Source of the DNA: Vicinamibacteria bacterium
GTDB lineage: Bacteria > Acidobacteriota > Vicinamibacteria > Fen-336 > JAGNNV01
DNA: 41,522 bases
Direction of reading: 5' to 3'
NCBI GenBank assembly: GCA_039932395.1
Contig: JBDTQB010000002.1
Span: 1-41,522, forward strand
Shown here: positions 17,821 through 28,078 of the stretch, piece after piece
Numbering within the stretch: the first letter of the stretch is position 1
Layout of the letters: the number at the start of each line of letters is the position of its first letter
Notes under the pieces: generated by a model
The model's input: the letters and a program-made list of their open reading frames with translations, nothing else
The model's database searches: none
What the model was told of the DNA's origin: nothing
Program-made: the position numbers and the translations under genes

Positions 17821-19439
17821 AGCTCCGCAAGGTCATCCTGCTGTTCATGATTGTCGGCTTCGGCGCCGTCATCGAAGGCGTCAACAAGGCGCGCACCTTC
17901 GTGATCAGCGAGGACGGCTTCGACATCCTGCGCAACCTTCAGTTCGATGGGGACTTCCCCTTCGGAAACCGCGGATTCCGCGGTCCGTCCTCCGATTTCA
18001 CGGAAAGCCAGACCATCGAAGCTTCGGGCATCGTCACGATCGATGTGACCAACGCCTACGGCGACGTGACGGTACGGCGCGGCCACGACGCGAATGCGAT
18101 GATCAGCGTGGGCCTGCGCAAGGAGGTCTTTACGCGCAAGTCCGAAGGCGCCGAGTCGGTGTCCAACAGGGTCAAGCTCGACATGCACCGCGAAGGCTCG
18201 GTTCTGAAGGTCTCGACCACGCGCGACGCGCGCGGGGACTATCGTATGAAGACCCACTTCGACATCGAGACGCCACAGCCGCTTGAGGTCCGCATCGTCA
18301 ACCGTCACGGCAAGATCCTCGTGGAAGGCGCCAAGACGGTGGATCTGTCCGGCGAGTTCGACGAGATGCGCGTTCAGAACGTCACCGGCGAATGCACCGC
18401 CAAGAACCGTCACGGCGATTTGGAAGTGATCTCCGCCGCGGAAGGCTGCAAGGTGGAGGTCGAGTACGGCAACGCCCACGTCGAGAAGTTGCAAGCGCCT
18501 TCCCGCGTCAGTGTGACTCACGGCGACCTGAACGCCATCGATCTCGGGGGCGCGCTCACCGCCATCCTGCGCTTCGGCGATCTCCAGGCCAAGCGGATCT
18601 CCGGCGGGCTCAACGCCGACGGCCAGCATTCGAGTCTCAAGATCGACGACGTGAAGGGCGATGTCGAGGTCACCAATCAGGGCGACGTGGACATGCAGAA
18701 CATCCTCGGACGCGTCACCGTCGAAAATCAGCGCGGCCACGTGAAGCTGTTGAAGGCAGGGGCATCCGTCCTCATCAAGAACACTTTCGAAGAAGTGGCG
18801 GCGAGCGACATAGGGGGTTTCCTCGAGATCTCGAATCAGCACGGCAACATCCGCGCCGAGCGATTCGTCGCCGGAGCCAAGCTCGAGACTGACAGTGAGG
18901 ACGTGGACGTCGCCGACTTCAACGGTCCGCTCAATATCGTCACCAAGCGCGGCGACGTGTCCGTGAAGCCCCTCCGTAAAGGGTTGGCTCCCATTGACGT
19001 GTCCGTCGACATCGGCGACATCAGCCTCGCTCTTTCAGAAACCGTCAACGCCATTCTCGACGCGAGTGTCGACCGCGGTGATGTCGAAGGCACGGTGGGC
19101 GCGCTCAAGACATCGGAGCAGGGCAAGCGGGTGCTACGCGCGACCATCGGTGCAGGGGGGCCACTTCTGAAGCTGCGCTCACGCCTCGGCGACATCAAGC
19201 TCTCCAACGAGAATGATCTAGACGTCTCCGAACCTGATTCTCCGGACGGGCCCGAGATTGAAATGCGTTGGCGCTCGGCCCCACGCCCCGAGCATGGTCT
19301 CGATCCTCTTCCCGTCGCACCCAAGGCAGTCCCTGCACCTGCCGCCGCTCCTCAACCTCGCCTTCCCCGAGCCGCTAAGCCGATTGAGCCGTCTCAGCCG
19401 CCGACCGCACCAGTGAAGCCGTCGCCCGAAGGCCTGTAA
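17817..19439 (+). CDS. DUF4097-type (putative adhesin / LiaG-like) beta-helix repeat protein with N-terminal TM anchor and Pro-rich tail
   Basis: The TM anchor is KVILLFMIVGFGAVI. At least 12 periodic x-G-D/N-[VIL]-x-[VIL] rungs are present (YGDVTV, HGKILV, HGDLEV, YGNAHV, HGDLNA, FGDLQA, KGDVEV, RGHVKL, HGNIRA, RGDVSV, IGDISL, LGDIKL). The C-terminus is …PVAPKAVPAPAAAPQPRLP…. Confidence 0.85.
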   Translation: MKLRKVILLFMIVGFGAVIEGVNKARTFVISEDGFDILRNLQFDGDFPFGNRGFRGPSSDFTESQTIEASGIVTIDVTNAYGDVTVRRGHDANAMISVGLRKEVFTRKSEGAESVSNRVKLDMHREGSVLKVSTTRDARGDYRMKTHFDIETPQPLEVRIVNRHGKILVEGAKTVDLSGEFDEMRVQNVTGECTAKNRHGDLEVISAAEGCKVEVEYGNAHVEKLQAPSRVSVTHGDLNAIDLGGALTAILRFGDLQAKRISGGLNADGQHSSLKIDDVKGDVEVTNQGDVDMQNILGRVTVENQRGHVKLLKAGASVLIKNTFEEVAASDIGGFLEISNQHGNIRAERFVAGAKLETDSEDVDVADFNGPLNIVTKRGDVSVKPLRKGLAPIDVSVDIGDISLALSETVNAILDASVDRGDVEGTVGALKTSEQGKRVLRATIGAGGPLLKLRSRLGDIKLSNENDLDVSEPDSPDGPEIEMRWRSAPRPEHGLDPLPVAPKAVPAPAAAPQPRLPRAAKPIEPSQPPTAPVKPSPEGL

Positions 19440-19474
19440 GCGCCACGACGGCTGAGCCACTAAGATTCGCGGCC

Positions 19475-20371
19475 ATGCGCGAAGCTCTGGTGAAAACCTC
19501 TCTCGATCTTCCCCTCGTCCGCAAAGGGAAGGTCCGCGACGTGTACGACCTCGGCACCGAGCTGCTGATGGTCACCACCGATCGGCTCTCCGCATTCGAC
19601 GTGGTGCTGCCCCTAGGTATTCCCGACAAAGGCCGCGTGCTGAATCAACTTTCGCTCTTCTGGTTCAAGAAGCTCGAAGGCCTGATCCCGAATCACATCG
19701 TCGCGTCCGAGGTGTCCGACTTTCCTGCTGCGCTCGCCGCTCACCGCGAGACGCTCGAAGGACGATCGATCATCGTCCGCAAGACCGATCCGCTCCCCGT
19801 CGAGTGCGTGGTGCGGGGCTATCTTTCGGGCTCGGGACTCAAGGACTATCGCAAGACCAGTTCCATCTGCGGCCTTCCTCTGCCCGCGGGGCTTCTCGAA
19901 TCGCAGCAGTTTCCTTCACCGCTGTTCACTCCGGCGACCAAAGCCGAGACCGGTCATGACGAGAACATTCCGTTCGAACGCATGGTCGAGATGATCGGCG
20001 CAGAACACGCGAACACCGCGCGCGACACATCGATCCGGATCTACGAGACGGCGCGCGAGCACGCGGCGTCGGTCGGGCTCACGCTGGCCGACACCAAGTT
20101 CGAGTTCGGCATCGTCGATGGTCACCTGATCTGGATCGATGAAGCGCTCACCCCCGATTCATCGCGCTTTTGGGAGGCGTCCGAGGTGCAGCCGGGGAAG
20201 ACGCCGCCAAGCTTCGACAAACAGTTCGTGCGCGACTATCTGGAAACGTTGGACTGGCCGAAGACGTATCCGGGTCCCGATCTTCCGGAGCGTGTCATCG
20301 AGGGAACACGCGCTCGCTATCTCGAAGCGTTCCGCCGGCTCACTGGCCGCGACCTGCCAGGCGTGGCCTAA
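19475..20371 (+). CDS. purC: phosphoribosylaminoimidazole-succinocarboxamide (SAICAR) synthase
   Basis: …LPLVRKGKVRDVYDLG…LLMVTTDRLSAFDVVL…IPDKGRVLNQLS…ADTKFEFG…DEALTPDSSRFW… is the long-form PurC pattern. Confidence 0.95.
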   Translation: MREALVKTSLDLPLVRKGKVRDVYDLGTELLMVTTDRLSAFDVVLPLGIPDKGRVLNQLSLFWFKKLEGLIPNHIVASEVSDFPAALAAHRETLEGRSIIVRKTDPLPVECVVRGYLSGSGLKDYRKTSSICGLPLPAGLLESQQFPSPLFTPATKAETGHDENIPFERMVEMIGAEHANTARDTSIRIYETAREHAASVGLTLADTKFEFGIVDGHLIWIDEALTPDSSRFWEASEVQPGKTPPSFDKQFVRDYLETLDWPKTYPGPDLPERVIEGTRARYLEAFRRLTGRDLPGVA

Positions 20372-20375
20372 CGCC

Positions 20376-21191
20376 TCAGCTGCGTCGGGTGAGGCCTTTG
20401 ATAAGGGCCAGCGCCTTCTGCTCCAGCGAGCTGCGGTGCAGTTCGTAGTAAAGACGATGACTCGCATCGTAGGCGTCGCGGGACCTCTCAGACGCTTTCG
20501 CCATGCTGGTGCCTAGCTCGTGCATGACGACGGATAGCGGGACGAACCACACCTTTCCTCCGGCCTTCCGCAACCGAAGACAAAGGTCGGCATCCTCTTC
20601 GTAGAGGAAGTAGCGCTCATCGAAGAACCCCACGTTGCGAGCCGCCGCCGTCCGCAGCAGCATGCACGACCCCGAGATCCAATCCACACAGCGCTCATCG
20701 GACGTGAGTTGCTTCAGTCTCGCGAGAGCGGAAGGATCACCGGCCTTCACTCCCTTGACCAGGTTGCGCTGCCGGTACTCGGCCAGTAACGAGAGATCGG
20801 GACCGAAGCTGACCTGCGGTCGACCATCCTGATAGACCGTCTTGGGCCCAAACGCGGCACCATCCGCATGACGCTCGGCCGCTGCCATCAATCGTGGAAT
20901 CGTGGAGGAGGTGAGGCGTGCGTCTGGATTGAGGATCAGCGCGAACTCAGTTTCGATTCTGCGCAGCGCACGGTTGTTCGCCTTGGAAAACCCTTCGTTC
21001 TCGGGCGACAACATCAGGGTGACGAACGGAAACGCCCCGGCCACGCTCGCGGAATCGTCAGAACTCGCGTTGTCCACCACCAGCACCCGCGTGCCCCCTC
21101 CGTGAAGGTGGATCGACGCCAGGCAGTCGCCCAGAACGTCGGCCGAGTTGTAGGTGACGACGACAATGGTGACGCCGGACGACTCCGTCAT
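20376..21191 (-). CDS. family-2 glycosyltransferase (rhamnosyltransferase-like)
   Basis: MTESSGVTIVVVTYNSADVL…VLVVDNASSDDS…FSKANN…EDADLCLRL…. ATG 21191 overlaps the upstream GT4 stop (ATGA). Confidence 0.85.
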   Translation of the reverse strand: MTESSGVTIVVVTYNSADVLGDCLASIHLHGGGTRVLVVDNASSDDSASVAGAFPFVTLMLSPENEGFSKANNRALRRIETEFALILNPDARLTSSTIPRLMAAAERHADGAAFGPKTVYQDGRPQVSFGPDLSLLAEYRQRNLVKGVKAGDPSALARLKQLTSDERCVDWISGSCMLLRTAAARNVGFFDERYFLYEEDADLCLRLRKAGGKVWFVPLSVVMHELGTSMAKASERSRDAYDASHRLYYELHRSSLEQKALALIKGLTRRS

Positions 21192-22309
21192 GACGCCGCC
21201 TTCTCCAGAACATCGAGCGTCTGTTGCGCCGTCTTCTCCCACGAGAACGCCTTGGCGAGCTCGCGGCCGCGCGCCCGGAGTTGTGCTGCGAAGTCGGTAT
21301 CGCTCAAAACCTGGGCGATCGCCTCCGATGCCGCCTTCTTCTCGGGCTCAATCACCAGAGCGCCTTCGGCGAACATTTCATTGAGACTTCCCCGATCGGC
21401 GACGATGGTGGGAACACCGCGCGACATCGCTTCGAGTGCTGGCAGCCCGAAGCCTTCGTACTCGGAAAGGAAGACTGCGACATCCGCGGCCGCATAGTGC
21501 CGCGCGATGTCCTCGTCGCTGACGAAGCCGGATTCGCGCACGGCCTCCGAGCACCCGAGATCGCGCGCGAGACGCGCCAGATCCTGATGCGGGTGCGTCC
21601 GGTTCTCGCCCACGATCCCGAGCCTCGCCCTCTGCCCCCAGCCACGAAGTCGCGCGAACGCCTTGATCAAAGTGTCGACACGACGACGCCTCAGAACCGT
21701 TCCAACCGTGATGATGTAAGCCTCGTCGTCAGAAAGGCCCAGAGCACGCCGTGCGTCGACACGACTCGGCCCGACCGGCAGATCATCGTCAGGTCCGAGA
21801 AGCACAACTTCGGTGCGCGAGGCGGCGTCGACGCCAAGGTATCGGTTCACTTCGGACTTCGTGAATTGCGAGCACGCGAGGATGGCCCGCGAGGCTCGGG
21901 CGGAGGCTCGGGCCAGGATCCTGCGACGCATTCCGTGGAGAAGCGTGAACTCGTCCCGCCGCGCGAAAAACGAGAGATCGTGGATCGCGGTCACACGCGG
22001 CACCGAGGTGAACAACGGACACGAATAGGCTGGCGACAAGAGAACGTCGATGCGCTCGTTTTCGATGGCGCGAGGAAGCGTCGTCTGCTCCCAAACCAAA
22101 GGGTGCCCGCCGGGCATCACGCGGATCTCTATCCGCGGCGAATCAACCGGCAACGTGACCGGCGACGACGCATAGACCACGAATTCGTGGCATTCATGCG
22201 CGGCGAAGCGACGCAGCAGACTCCGCAAATAGCGTCCCACTCCGGTCGGCCGGCCCTCAAGCTCGCGGCCATCGATGCCAATCCGAAGCGCGCGTGGCTG
22301 GCCGTTCAT
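21188..22309 (-). CDS. family-4 (GT-B, group 1) glycosyltransferase
   Basis: …LRIGIDGRELEGRPTGVGRYL… is at the N-terminus. The C-terminal E-x7-E region is …FLSEYEGFGLPALEAMSRGVPTIVAD…. The ATGA overlaps the upstream GT4 at 22309..22306. Confidence 0.9.
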   Translation of the reverse strand: MNGQPRALRIGIDGRELEGRPTGVGRYLRSLLRRFAAHECHEFVVYASSPVTLPVDSPRIEIRVMPGGHPLVWEQTTLPRAIENERIDVLLSPAYSCPLFTSVPRVTAIHDLSFFARRDEFTLLHGMRRRILARASARASRAILACSQFTKSEVNRYLGVDAASRTEVVLLGPDDDLPVGPSRVDARRALGLSDDEAYIITVGTVLRRRRVDTLIKAFARLRGWGQRARLGIVGENRTHPHQDLARLARDLGCSEAVRESGFVSDEDIARHYAAADVAVFLSEYEGFGLPALEAMSRGVPTIVADRGSLNEMFAEGALVIEPEKKAASEAIAQVLSDTDFAAQLRARGRELAKAFSWEKTAQQTLDVLEKAAS

Positions 22310-23418
22310 GAACCCACGACCTTGCGATAGAAGTCGAGCGTCAACTGCGCCGTGCGATCCCAGTCGTAGAGGCGGGCGCGTTCCAGACCGGCGGCGCGGA
22401 GTTGCTCCGCTCTCCCGTCGTCTTCGAAGACCCGCCTCAGAGACCTGACAATCGCATCCTCGCTCAGCGGATCGTCGATCAACTCGGCCGCGCCGCCCGC
22501 GATTTCCTCCAGGGAAGACCCGCGCGAGCAGACCACCGGCAGCCCCGCGCTCATGGCCTCGACCACCGGAAATCCAAATCCCTCTTCGAGGCTCGCGAGG
22601 ACCAGACAGCGTGCCACGGACATGAGCGCCCGGATTTCGTGGGTCTCCAGGTAACCGGTGGACACCACGCGTCCCTTCGATCCGGGATCTCCATCTCCAA
22701 AGGCGGCATGTGGCCCCACCATCACCAGCGCAGGTGGTTCCGACATCTGCTTCGCGAATTCGCGATACGCGGAGACCAGAGTGCCGAGGTTCTTCCGCTT
22801 CTCGTCACTGCCGAGATAGAGGATGAAGCCGTTTGAGAGTCCCAGGCGTCGAAGGAGTGGATCCACATCCCGGGGCTCGACCGGGGTTCGGAACACGGGA
22901 TTCACTCCGTAAGGCGTCACCCCGATCTTGTGTCGCGGAACTCCAAGGAGAATCTCAACATCGCGCGCCGTGTGTTCGGAAGGACAAATGACGCCGTCGG
23001 CCTTGCGAGCATGCGCCTTCACCAGCGGCGCGTAGTCGCGACGGACTTCCCCGCCGGTCAGTTCGGGGTGCTTGAAAAAAAACAGGTCATGGATGCTGAT
23101 GACGCGGCGCGCCCGAAGCACAGGTGTCAGCAGAGCGTGAGGCGAATGGACCAGATCGAATTCCTGTCCGCAGACGGTCTCGATCGTCGGCCATTCCAGA
23201 CGACTCCAGGCAAGGTTCAACACGCGCACCGGGATCCGCCGATCCACCACGCGAACGTTCGGAGCGGCTGAGGTCCGGGGCCAGCGCTCCCGCAAGGATG
23301 AGGTGAACAGGGTGAACTGAGACTCCGGATCCTTCGCGGGCAAGGCGTCCGCCAAGGCTCCGATGTAAATGCCTACTCCGGTCGGCCGGGACAGCGCGGG
23401 CCTGACGTCGAGTGCCAC
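22306..23418 (-). CDS. family-4 (GT-B, group 1) glycosyltransferase
   Basis: (V)ALDVRPALSRPTGVGIYIGALA… is at the N-terminus. The C-terminus has …ASLEEGFGFPVVEAMSAGLPVVCS…. The start is placed at in-frame GTG 23418. The track ORF start at 23652 would add 78 non-GT-like codons and overlap the divergent ugd start, so the exact start is uncertain. Confidence 0.8.
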   Translation of the reverse strand: MALDVRPALSRPTGVGIYIGALADALPAKDPESQFTLFTSSLRERWPRTSAAPNVRVVDRRIPVRVLNLAWSRLEWPTIETVCGQEFDLVHSPHALLTPVLRARRVISIHDLFFFKHPELTGGEVRRDYAPLVKAHARKADGVICPSEHTARDVEILLGVPRHKIGVTPYGVNPVFRTPVEPRDVDPLLRRLGLSNGFILYLGSDEKRKNLGTLVSAYREFAKQMSEPPALVMVGPHAAFGDGDPGSKGRVVSTGYLETHEIRALMSVARCLVLASLEEGFGFPVVEAMSAGLPVVCSRGSSLEEIAGGAAELIDDPLSEDAIVRSLRRVFEDDGRAEQLRAAGLERARLYDWDRTAQLTLDFYRKVVGS

Positions 23419-23629
23419 TCTCAGAAGAGGCGTGCTCCAGCGTCGATATTGGGTGTTGCGGTCTTCATCAGCGGGTACCGCATCGATGCTATACGGTCGC
23501 TTTCCGTTTGGTAAACTCCGCCCCTTCGCCCGTGCTGGAACCTGAATCCGCGCGCGTGACCGTCGTAGCGCAGTCAATTGTCGCGCCCCGAAACAAACAT
23601 CACGAAGCGAAAGAAAATAAAGGACCTTC

Positions 23630-24928
23630 ATGAAGATAGGTGTTGTCGGCACGGGCTATGTCGGTCTCGTCGCCGCCGCGTGCTTCGCAGAGAACGGGAA
23701 CAGCGTCATCGGGGTTGACATCGATGAAGACAAAATCAAAGCTCTGCTCGCCGGCCAGATTCCGATTTTCGAGCCAGGCCTCTCCGAAATCGTGGTCCAG
23801 AACGTGGCCGAGGGCCGCCTTCGCTTCACCACGGATATCAAGCTTGCCGTCGCGGAGAGCGACGTCTTGTTCATCGCGGTGGGGACACCGCAGGACGAAG
23901 ACGGCTCCGCCGACCTCAAGTTCGTCCTGAAGGTCGCCGAACAGATCGCCGACGCCATGACCGGTCCCAAGGTCGTGGTCAATAAATCCACCGTCCCGGT
24001 GGGCACGGCGGCAAAAGTCAAGGCCGCAATTGAAGCCCGCACCCAGCATCCCGTGAGCGTGGTGTCGAATCCAGAGTTCCTCAAAGAGGGCGCCGCGGTC
24101 GACGACTTCCTGAAGCCGGACCGCGTGGTCATCGGCACGAGCGATCCTGCGGCGGAAGCGGTGATGCGCGAGCTTTACGACCCCTTCGTTCGCACCGGCA
24201 AGCCCATCCTTGCCATGGACAACGTTTCCGCGGAGCTGACCAAGTACGCGTCGAACGCCATGCTGGCTCTGCGTATCTCATTCATGAATGAAGTCGCGAA
24301 TCTGTGCGACGCGGCGGGCGCCGACGTGGAGATGGTTCGTCGCGGCATGGCGACCGACTCGCGTATCGGACCCGCATTCTTGTTCCCAGGCCTCGGCTAC
24401 GGCGGTTCGTGCTTTCCGAAGGATGTGAAGGCGATCGAGCACACCAGCCGCGAGCACGGCTCGCCCATGGAGATCGTGGCCGCGGTCGAGCGCGTCAACG
24501 CCCGTCAGAAGACGATCATGCTGCCGCGGATGGAAACGGTTCTCGGCGGATTGAAAGGCAAGACCATCGCGGTCTGGGGAATCGCGTTCAAGCCTCGCAC
24601 CGACGACATCCGCGAAGCTCCGGCCCTCTTCATCATCGAGGGACTTCTGGCCGCGGGCGCCTCGGTCGCGGCGTACGATCCGAAGGCGATGGACCATGCC
24701 AAAGGCTCCGTCTCCAAAGAGGTGCGCTGGGCAAAGACTGCGTACGACGCGCTCGAAGGGGCGGACGCGCTTTTGCTCGCCACCGAGTGGAACGAATTCC
24801 GTGAGCCCGACTTCGAGAGGATGAAGACCCTGATGCGACGGGCGGTGATTTTCGACGGGCGCAACATCTACAACCCTAAGACGGTCAAGTCATTCGGCTT
24901 CGAATACGTCGGCGTGGGTCGCAGGTAA
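23630..24928 (+). CDS. ugd: UDP-glucose 6-dehydrogenase
   Basis: MKIGVVGTGYVGLVAAACFAENG…IPIFEPGL…GYGGSCFPKDV… includes the catalytic Cys. An AAAGGA SD lies 6 nt upstream. Confidence 0.95.
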   Translation: MKIGVVGTGYVGLVAAACFAENGNSVIGVDIDEDKIKALLAGQIPIFEPGLSEIVVQNVAEGRLRFTTDIKLAVAESDVLFIAVGTPQDEDGSADLKFVLKVAEQIADAMTGPKVVVNKSTVPVGTAAKVKAAIEARTQHPVSVVSNPEFLKEGAAVDDFLKPDRVVIGTSDPAAEAVMRELYDPFVRTGKPILAMDNVSAELTKYASNAMLALRISFMNEVANLCDAAGADVEMVRRGMATDSRIGPAFLFPGLGYGGSCFPKDVKAIEHTSREHGSPMEIVAAVERVNARQKTIMLPRMETVLGGLKGKTIAVWGIAFKPRTDDIREAPALFIIEGLLAAGASVAAYDPKAMDHAKGSVSKEVRWAKTAYDALEGADALLLATEWNEFREPDFERMKTLMRRAVIFDGRNIYNPKTVKSFGFEYVGVGRR

Positions 24929-25917
24929 TGAAGGTCGCAGTCACGGGCGGGGCCGGCTACATCGGCTCGCACACGGTCGCCGAACTTCTGAGCCAGGGCC
25001 ACGAGGTCACCGTCATCGACGACCTGTCGGCGGGACATCGCGCGGCGGTCCCTGCAGCCACCGCTTTCGTTCAAAAAGACATCGGCGACGTCGCCGCGAT
25101 GACGGCAGCACTGAAGGGACACGACGCGATCATCCATTTCGCGGGATTGTTGTCCGTCGCTGGTTCGATGAAGGAACCTCAGTCGTACTTCGAAACGAAT
25201 CTCGTCAAGGGCATGGCGCTGCTCGACGCCGCGAAAGTCGCGGGCGTGAACCGGTTTATTTTCAGCTCGACCTGTGCGACCTACGGGGTTCCTCAGGGTC
25301 CGCTGACCGAGGACCATCCAAAGGAGCCGGTCAATCCATACGGCGCTTCGAAGCGATCGTTCGAGCAAGTGCTTGAAGCGTATGCGCGCATCGGCCAGCT
25401 CCGCGCCATTGCCCTGCGCTACTTCAACGCTTCGGGCGCGCGGCGCGATGGTTCCATCGGCGAGGATCACCGGCATGAAGAGCATGTGATTCCGCTCGCC
25501 ATCGACGCGGCCGCCGGACGTCGCGGTCCGCTGACCATCTACGGCGAAGACTACGGGACCGCGGACGGAACCTGCGAACGCGACTACATCCACGTTGACG
25601 ACCTTGGTCGCGCGCACGTTCTGGCACTCAGCGCAGTGGACCGCCTGGACACGCCCTTCGCCGCGATCAACCTCGGCACCGGTCGCGGAACGTCGGTTCG
25701 GGCGGTCATCGAATCGGTTGAACGCGTTACAGGTCTGAAGGTTCCTCATTCGGTGGGCCCGCGCCGGGCCGGAGATCCCCCGGCGCTGATCGCCGTACCG
25801 TCGAAGTCAAAGACTGTGCTGGATTTCGAGCCGGAGATCGTCTCGATCGATGAGATCGTGGAGACCGCGTGGCGATGGCGCAAGAGTCATCCTCAGGGAT
25901 ACAGTAGCGCGCGATGA
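24928..25917 (+). CDS. galE: UDP-glucose 4-epimerase
   Basis: [15 protein letters not shown]…, …SSTCATYG… and …YGASKRSFE… form the SDR Y-x3-K signature. …LRYFNASGA… is also present. There is a TAATG overlap with ugd. Confidence 0.9.
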   Translation: MKVAVTGGAGYIGSHTVAELLSQGHEVTVIDDLSAGHRAAVPAATAFVQKDIGDVAAMTAALKGHDAIIHFAGLLSVAGSMKEPQSYFETNLVKGMALLDAAKVAGVNRFIFSSTCATYGVPQGPLTEDHPKEPVNPYGASKRSFEQVLEAYARIGQLRAIALRYFNASGARRDGSIGEDHRHEEHVIPLAIDAAAGRRGPLTIYGEDYGTADGTCERDYIHVDDLGRAHVLALSAVDRLDTPFAAINLGTGRGTSVRAVIESVERVTGLKVPHSVGPRRAGDPPALIAVPSKSKTVLDFEPEIVSIDEIVETAWRWRKSHPQGYSSAR

Positions 25918-26624
25918 AGCGCCCCAATCCGCTTCCCGACCCGCTGCTGTCGGTGATCATCCCTGTCTTCAACGAGAAGAATACGGTGGAAGAAATCATT
26001 GACCGGGTGATCGCAGTGCCGGGGATCCGTAAAGACATCATCATCGTCAACGATGCGTCCACCGACGGCACGACCGCGATCCTGGAAAGACTGGCTGGGC
26101 CCAAGGGCTTCAAGCTCTTCCATCAAGAGAAGAACCAGGGCAAGGGTGCCGCGGTGCGTCGCGGAATCAAGGAAGCGACGGGCGACGTCATCGTGGTTCA
26201 GGACGCTGACCTTGAGTACTCCCCCGAGGAGTACCCTGACCTGCTCGATCTGATCATCAAGGGCAAGGCTGACGCCGTGTTTGGGTCGCGTTTCATCGGC
26301 CGGCATCGTTGCCATCTCTTCACGCACTACCTCGCCAATCTCTTTCTGAATCTGGTCACGAACCTGCTCTACAACACGACCATGACCGACATGGAAACGT
26401 GCTTCAAGGCGATTCGTTCAGATGTGCTGAAGCCCATGGAACTTCACTCCAACCGTTTCGGGATCGAACCCGAAATCACCGCCAAGCTCTTCAAGGCAGG
26501 CGCGCGCGTCTACGAAGTACCGATTACTTATGACGGCCGCGACTACTCTGAAGGCAAGAAGATCACGTGGAAGGACGGCTTCCCCGCGCTCTGGACCCTC
26601 ATCAAGTACCGATTCACCGACTAG
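25914..26624 (+). CDS. family-2 glycosyltransferase of the polyprenol-phosphate sugar synthase type (Ppm1/DPM1/ArnC-like)
   Basis: …[18 protein letters not shown]…[12 protein letters not shown]…[11 protein letters not shown]…[13 protein letters not shown]… is present in a soluble ~236-aa form. The ATGA overlaps galE. Confidence 0.85.
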   Translation: MKRPNPLPDPLLSVIIPVFNEKNTVEEIIDRVIAVPGIRKDIIIVNDASTDGTTAILERLAGPKGFKLFHQEKNQGKGAAVRRGIKEATGDVIVVQDADLEYSPEEYPDLLDLIIKGKADAVFGSRFIGRHRCHLFTHYLANLFLNLVTNLLYNTTMTDMETCFKAIRSDVLKPMELHSNRFGIEPEITAKLFKAGARVYEVPITYDGRDYSEGKKITWKDGFPALWTLIKYRFTD

Positions 26625-26629
26625 AGAAC

Positions 26630-27583
<954 letters not shown>

Positions 27584-27592
27584 CGTTGAGAT

Positions 27593-27610
27593 GGGGGGCT
27601 TGAGCCCCCC
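27593..27610 (+). terminator. GC-rich hairpin 10 nt after the gmd stop (7-bp stem GGGGGGC/GCCCCCC, loop TTGA), no U-tract
   Basis: The hairpin is read directly as ggggggc-ttga-gcccccc. It is followed by aaaccccc, so it is not a canonical intrinsic terminator. Confidence 0.35.
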
Positions 27611-27625
27611 AAACCCCCGCGCTCC

Positions 27626-27644
27626 GGCGGAAATGAATTCCGCC
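27626..27644 (+). terminator. second hairpin (7-bp stem GGCGGAA/TTCCGCC, 5-nt loop), no U-tract
   Basis: The hairpin is read directly as ggcggaa-atgaa-ttccgcc. Confidence 0.25.
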
Positions 27645-27822
27645 TACGCTAGTGGCCCGTAACAGAAGTACGTTGCATAAGTCGGCGTCGAGGCGCCCGC
27701 AGCGCAAGGCGACGAGCAACGCACCGATCGCGGGGCGGGTTGTCGGGGACGTCATTGTGAGCCGCGAATCCCTCGTGTGCGCCATCCTTGATTCGCGATC
27801 GGTGCGCTTCGGTGGTGTTGCT

Positions 27823-27844
27823 GCGGACGACGGGCCTTTCCTCG
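27823..27844. repeat. left copy of a 22-nt inverted repeat (gcggacgacgggcctttcctcg)
   Basis: Its reverse complement cgaggaaaggcccgtcgtccgc matches 28057..28078 at 21 of 22 positions. Confidence 0.9.
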
Positions 27845-28056
27845 GCCTCATCTCCGTGGGCCTCCAAGCATCTTGCAGGATCGGACGCGGGGCCCCACCC
27901 GCGTTCAATAGGGTACCGGTCGGCCCACTGCGTTCGGCCGAGGCCCGACGCCCTCCGCGTTCAGTGGACGCGCTGTCTTTCGCGGCCGTAGATCGTGCGC
28001 TTGGACCGGGATCCGCTCCATCTCAGGTCAATCAAGCTCGGGGCGTGTCGACACAA

Positions 28057-28078
28057 CGAGGGAAGGCCCGTCGTCCGC
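28057..28078. repeat. right copy of the 22-nt inverted repeat (cgagggaaggcccgtcgtccgc)
   Basis: It pairs with 27823..27844, with 212 nt between the copies. Weaker similarity seems to continue outward for several tens of nt (for example cgcaccgatcgcga vs cgcgacgatccgcga, and aggatg in both). Confidence 0.9.

Noticed and set aside
17409-18842. A 477-aa ORF on the minus strand.
   Set aside because: It is entirely antisense to the DUF4097 gene and the two small membrane genes. It shares their G/C-rich third positions, which is the typical high-GC shadow frame. The product is Asp/Val/Ala/Gly/His-rich with no motif, whereas the plus-strand genes have clear TM and repeat logic.
21224-22330. A 368-aa ORF on the plus strand.
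   Set aside because: It is a shadow of the GT4 gene at 21188..22309(-). The product is Arg-rich and low-complexity.
23419-23652. The extended start of the GT4 ORF (track 22306..23652).
   Set aside because: The extra 78 residues are unlike GT4 N-termini, which normally begin at the …ALDVRP… strand. The extension would also cross the divergent promoter region and overlap the ugd start by 23 nt.
27826-27846. A GAGGAAAGG motif on the minus strand, reminiscent of the RNase P RNA P4 strand (GAGGAAAGUCCGGGC).
   Set aside because: The match breaks after GGAAAG (GGCCCGUC vs UCCGGGC). The other universally conserved RNase P blocks (GGGUGAAA…, ACAGAAnCCGGCUUA in the correct order) are absent. The same motif recurs inverted at 28057, so it is part of the inverted repeat.
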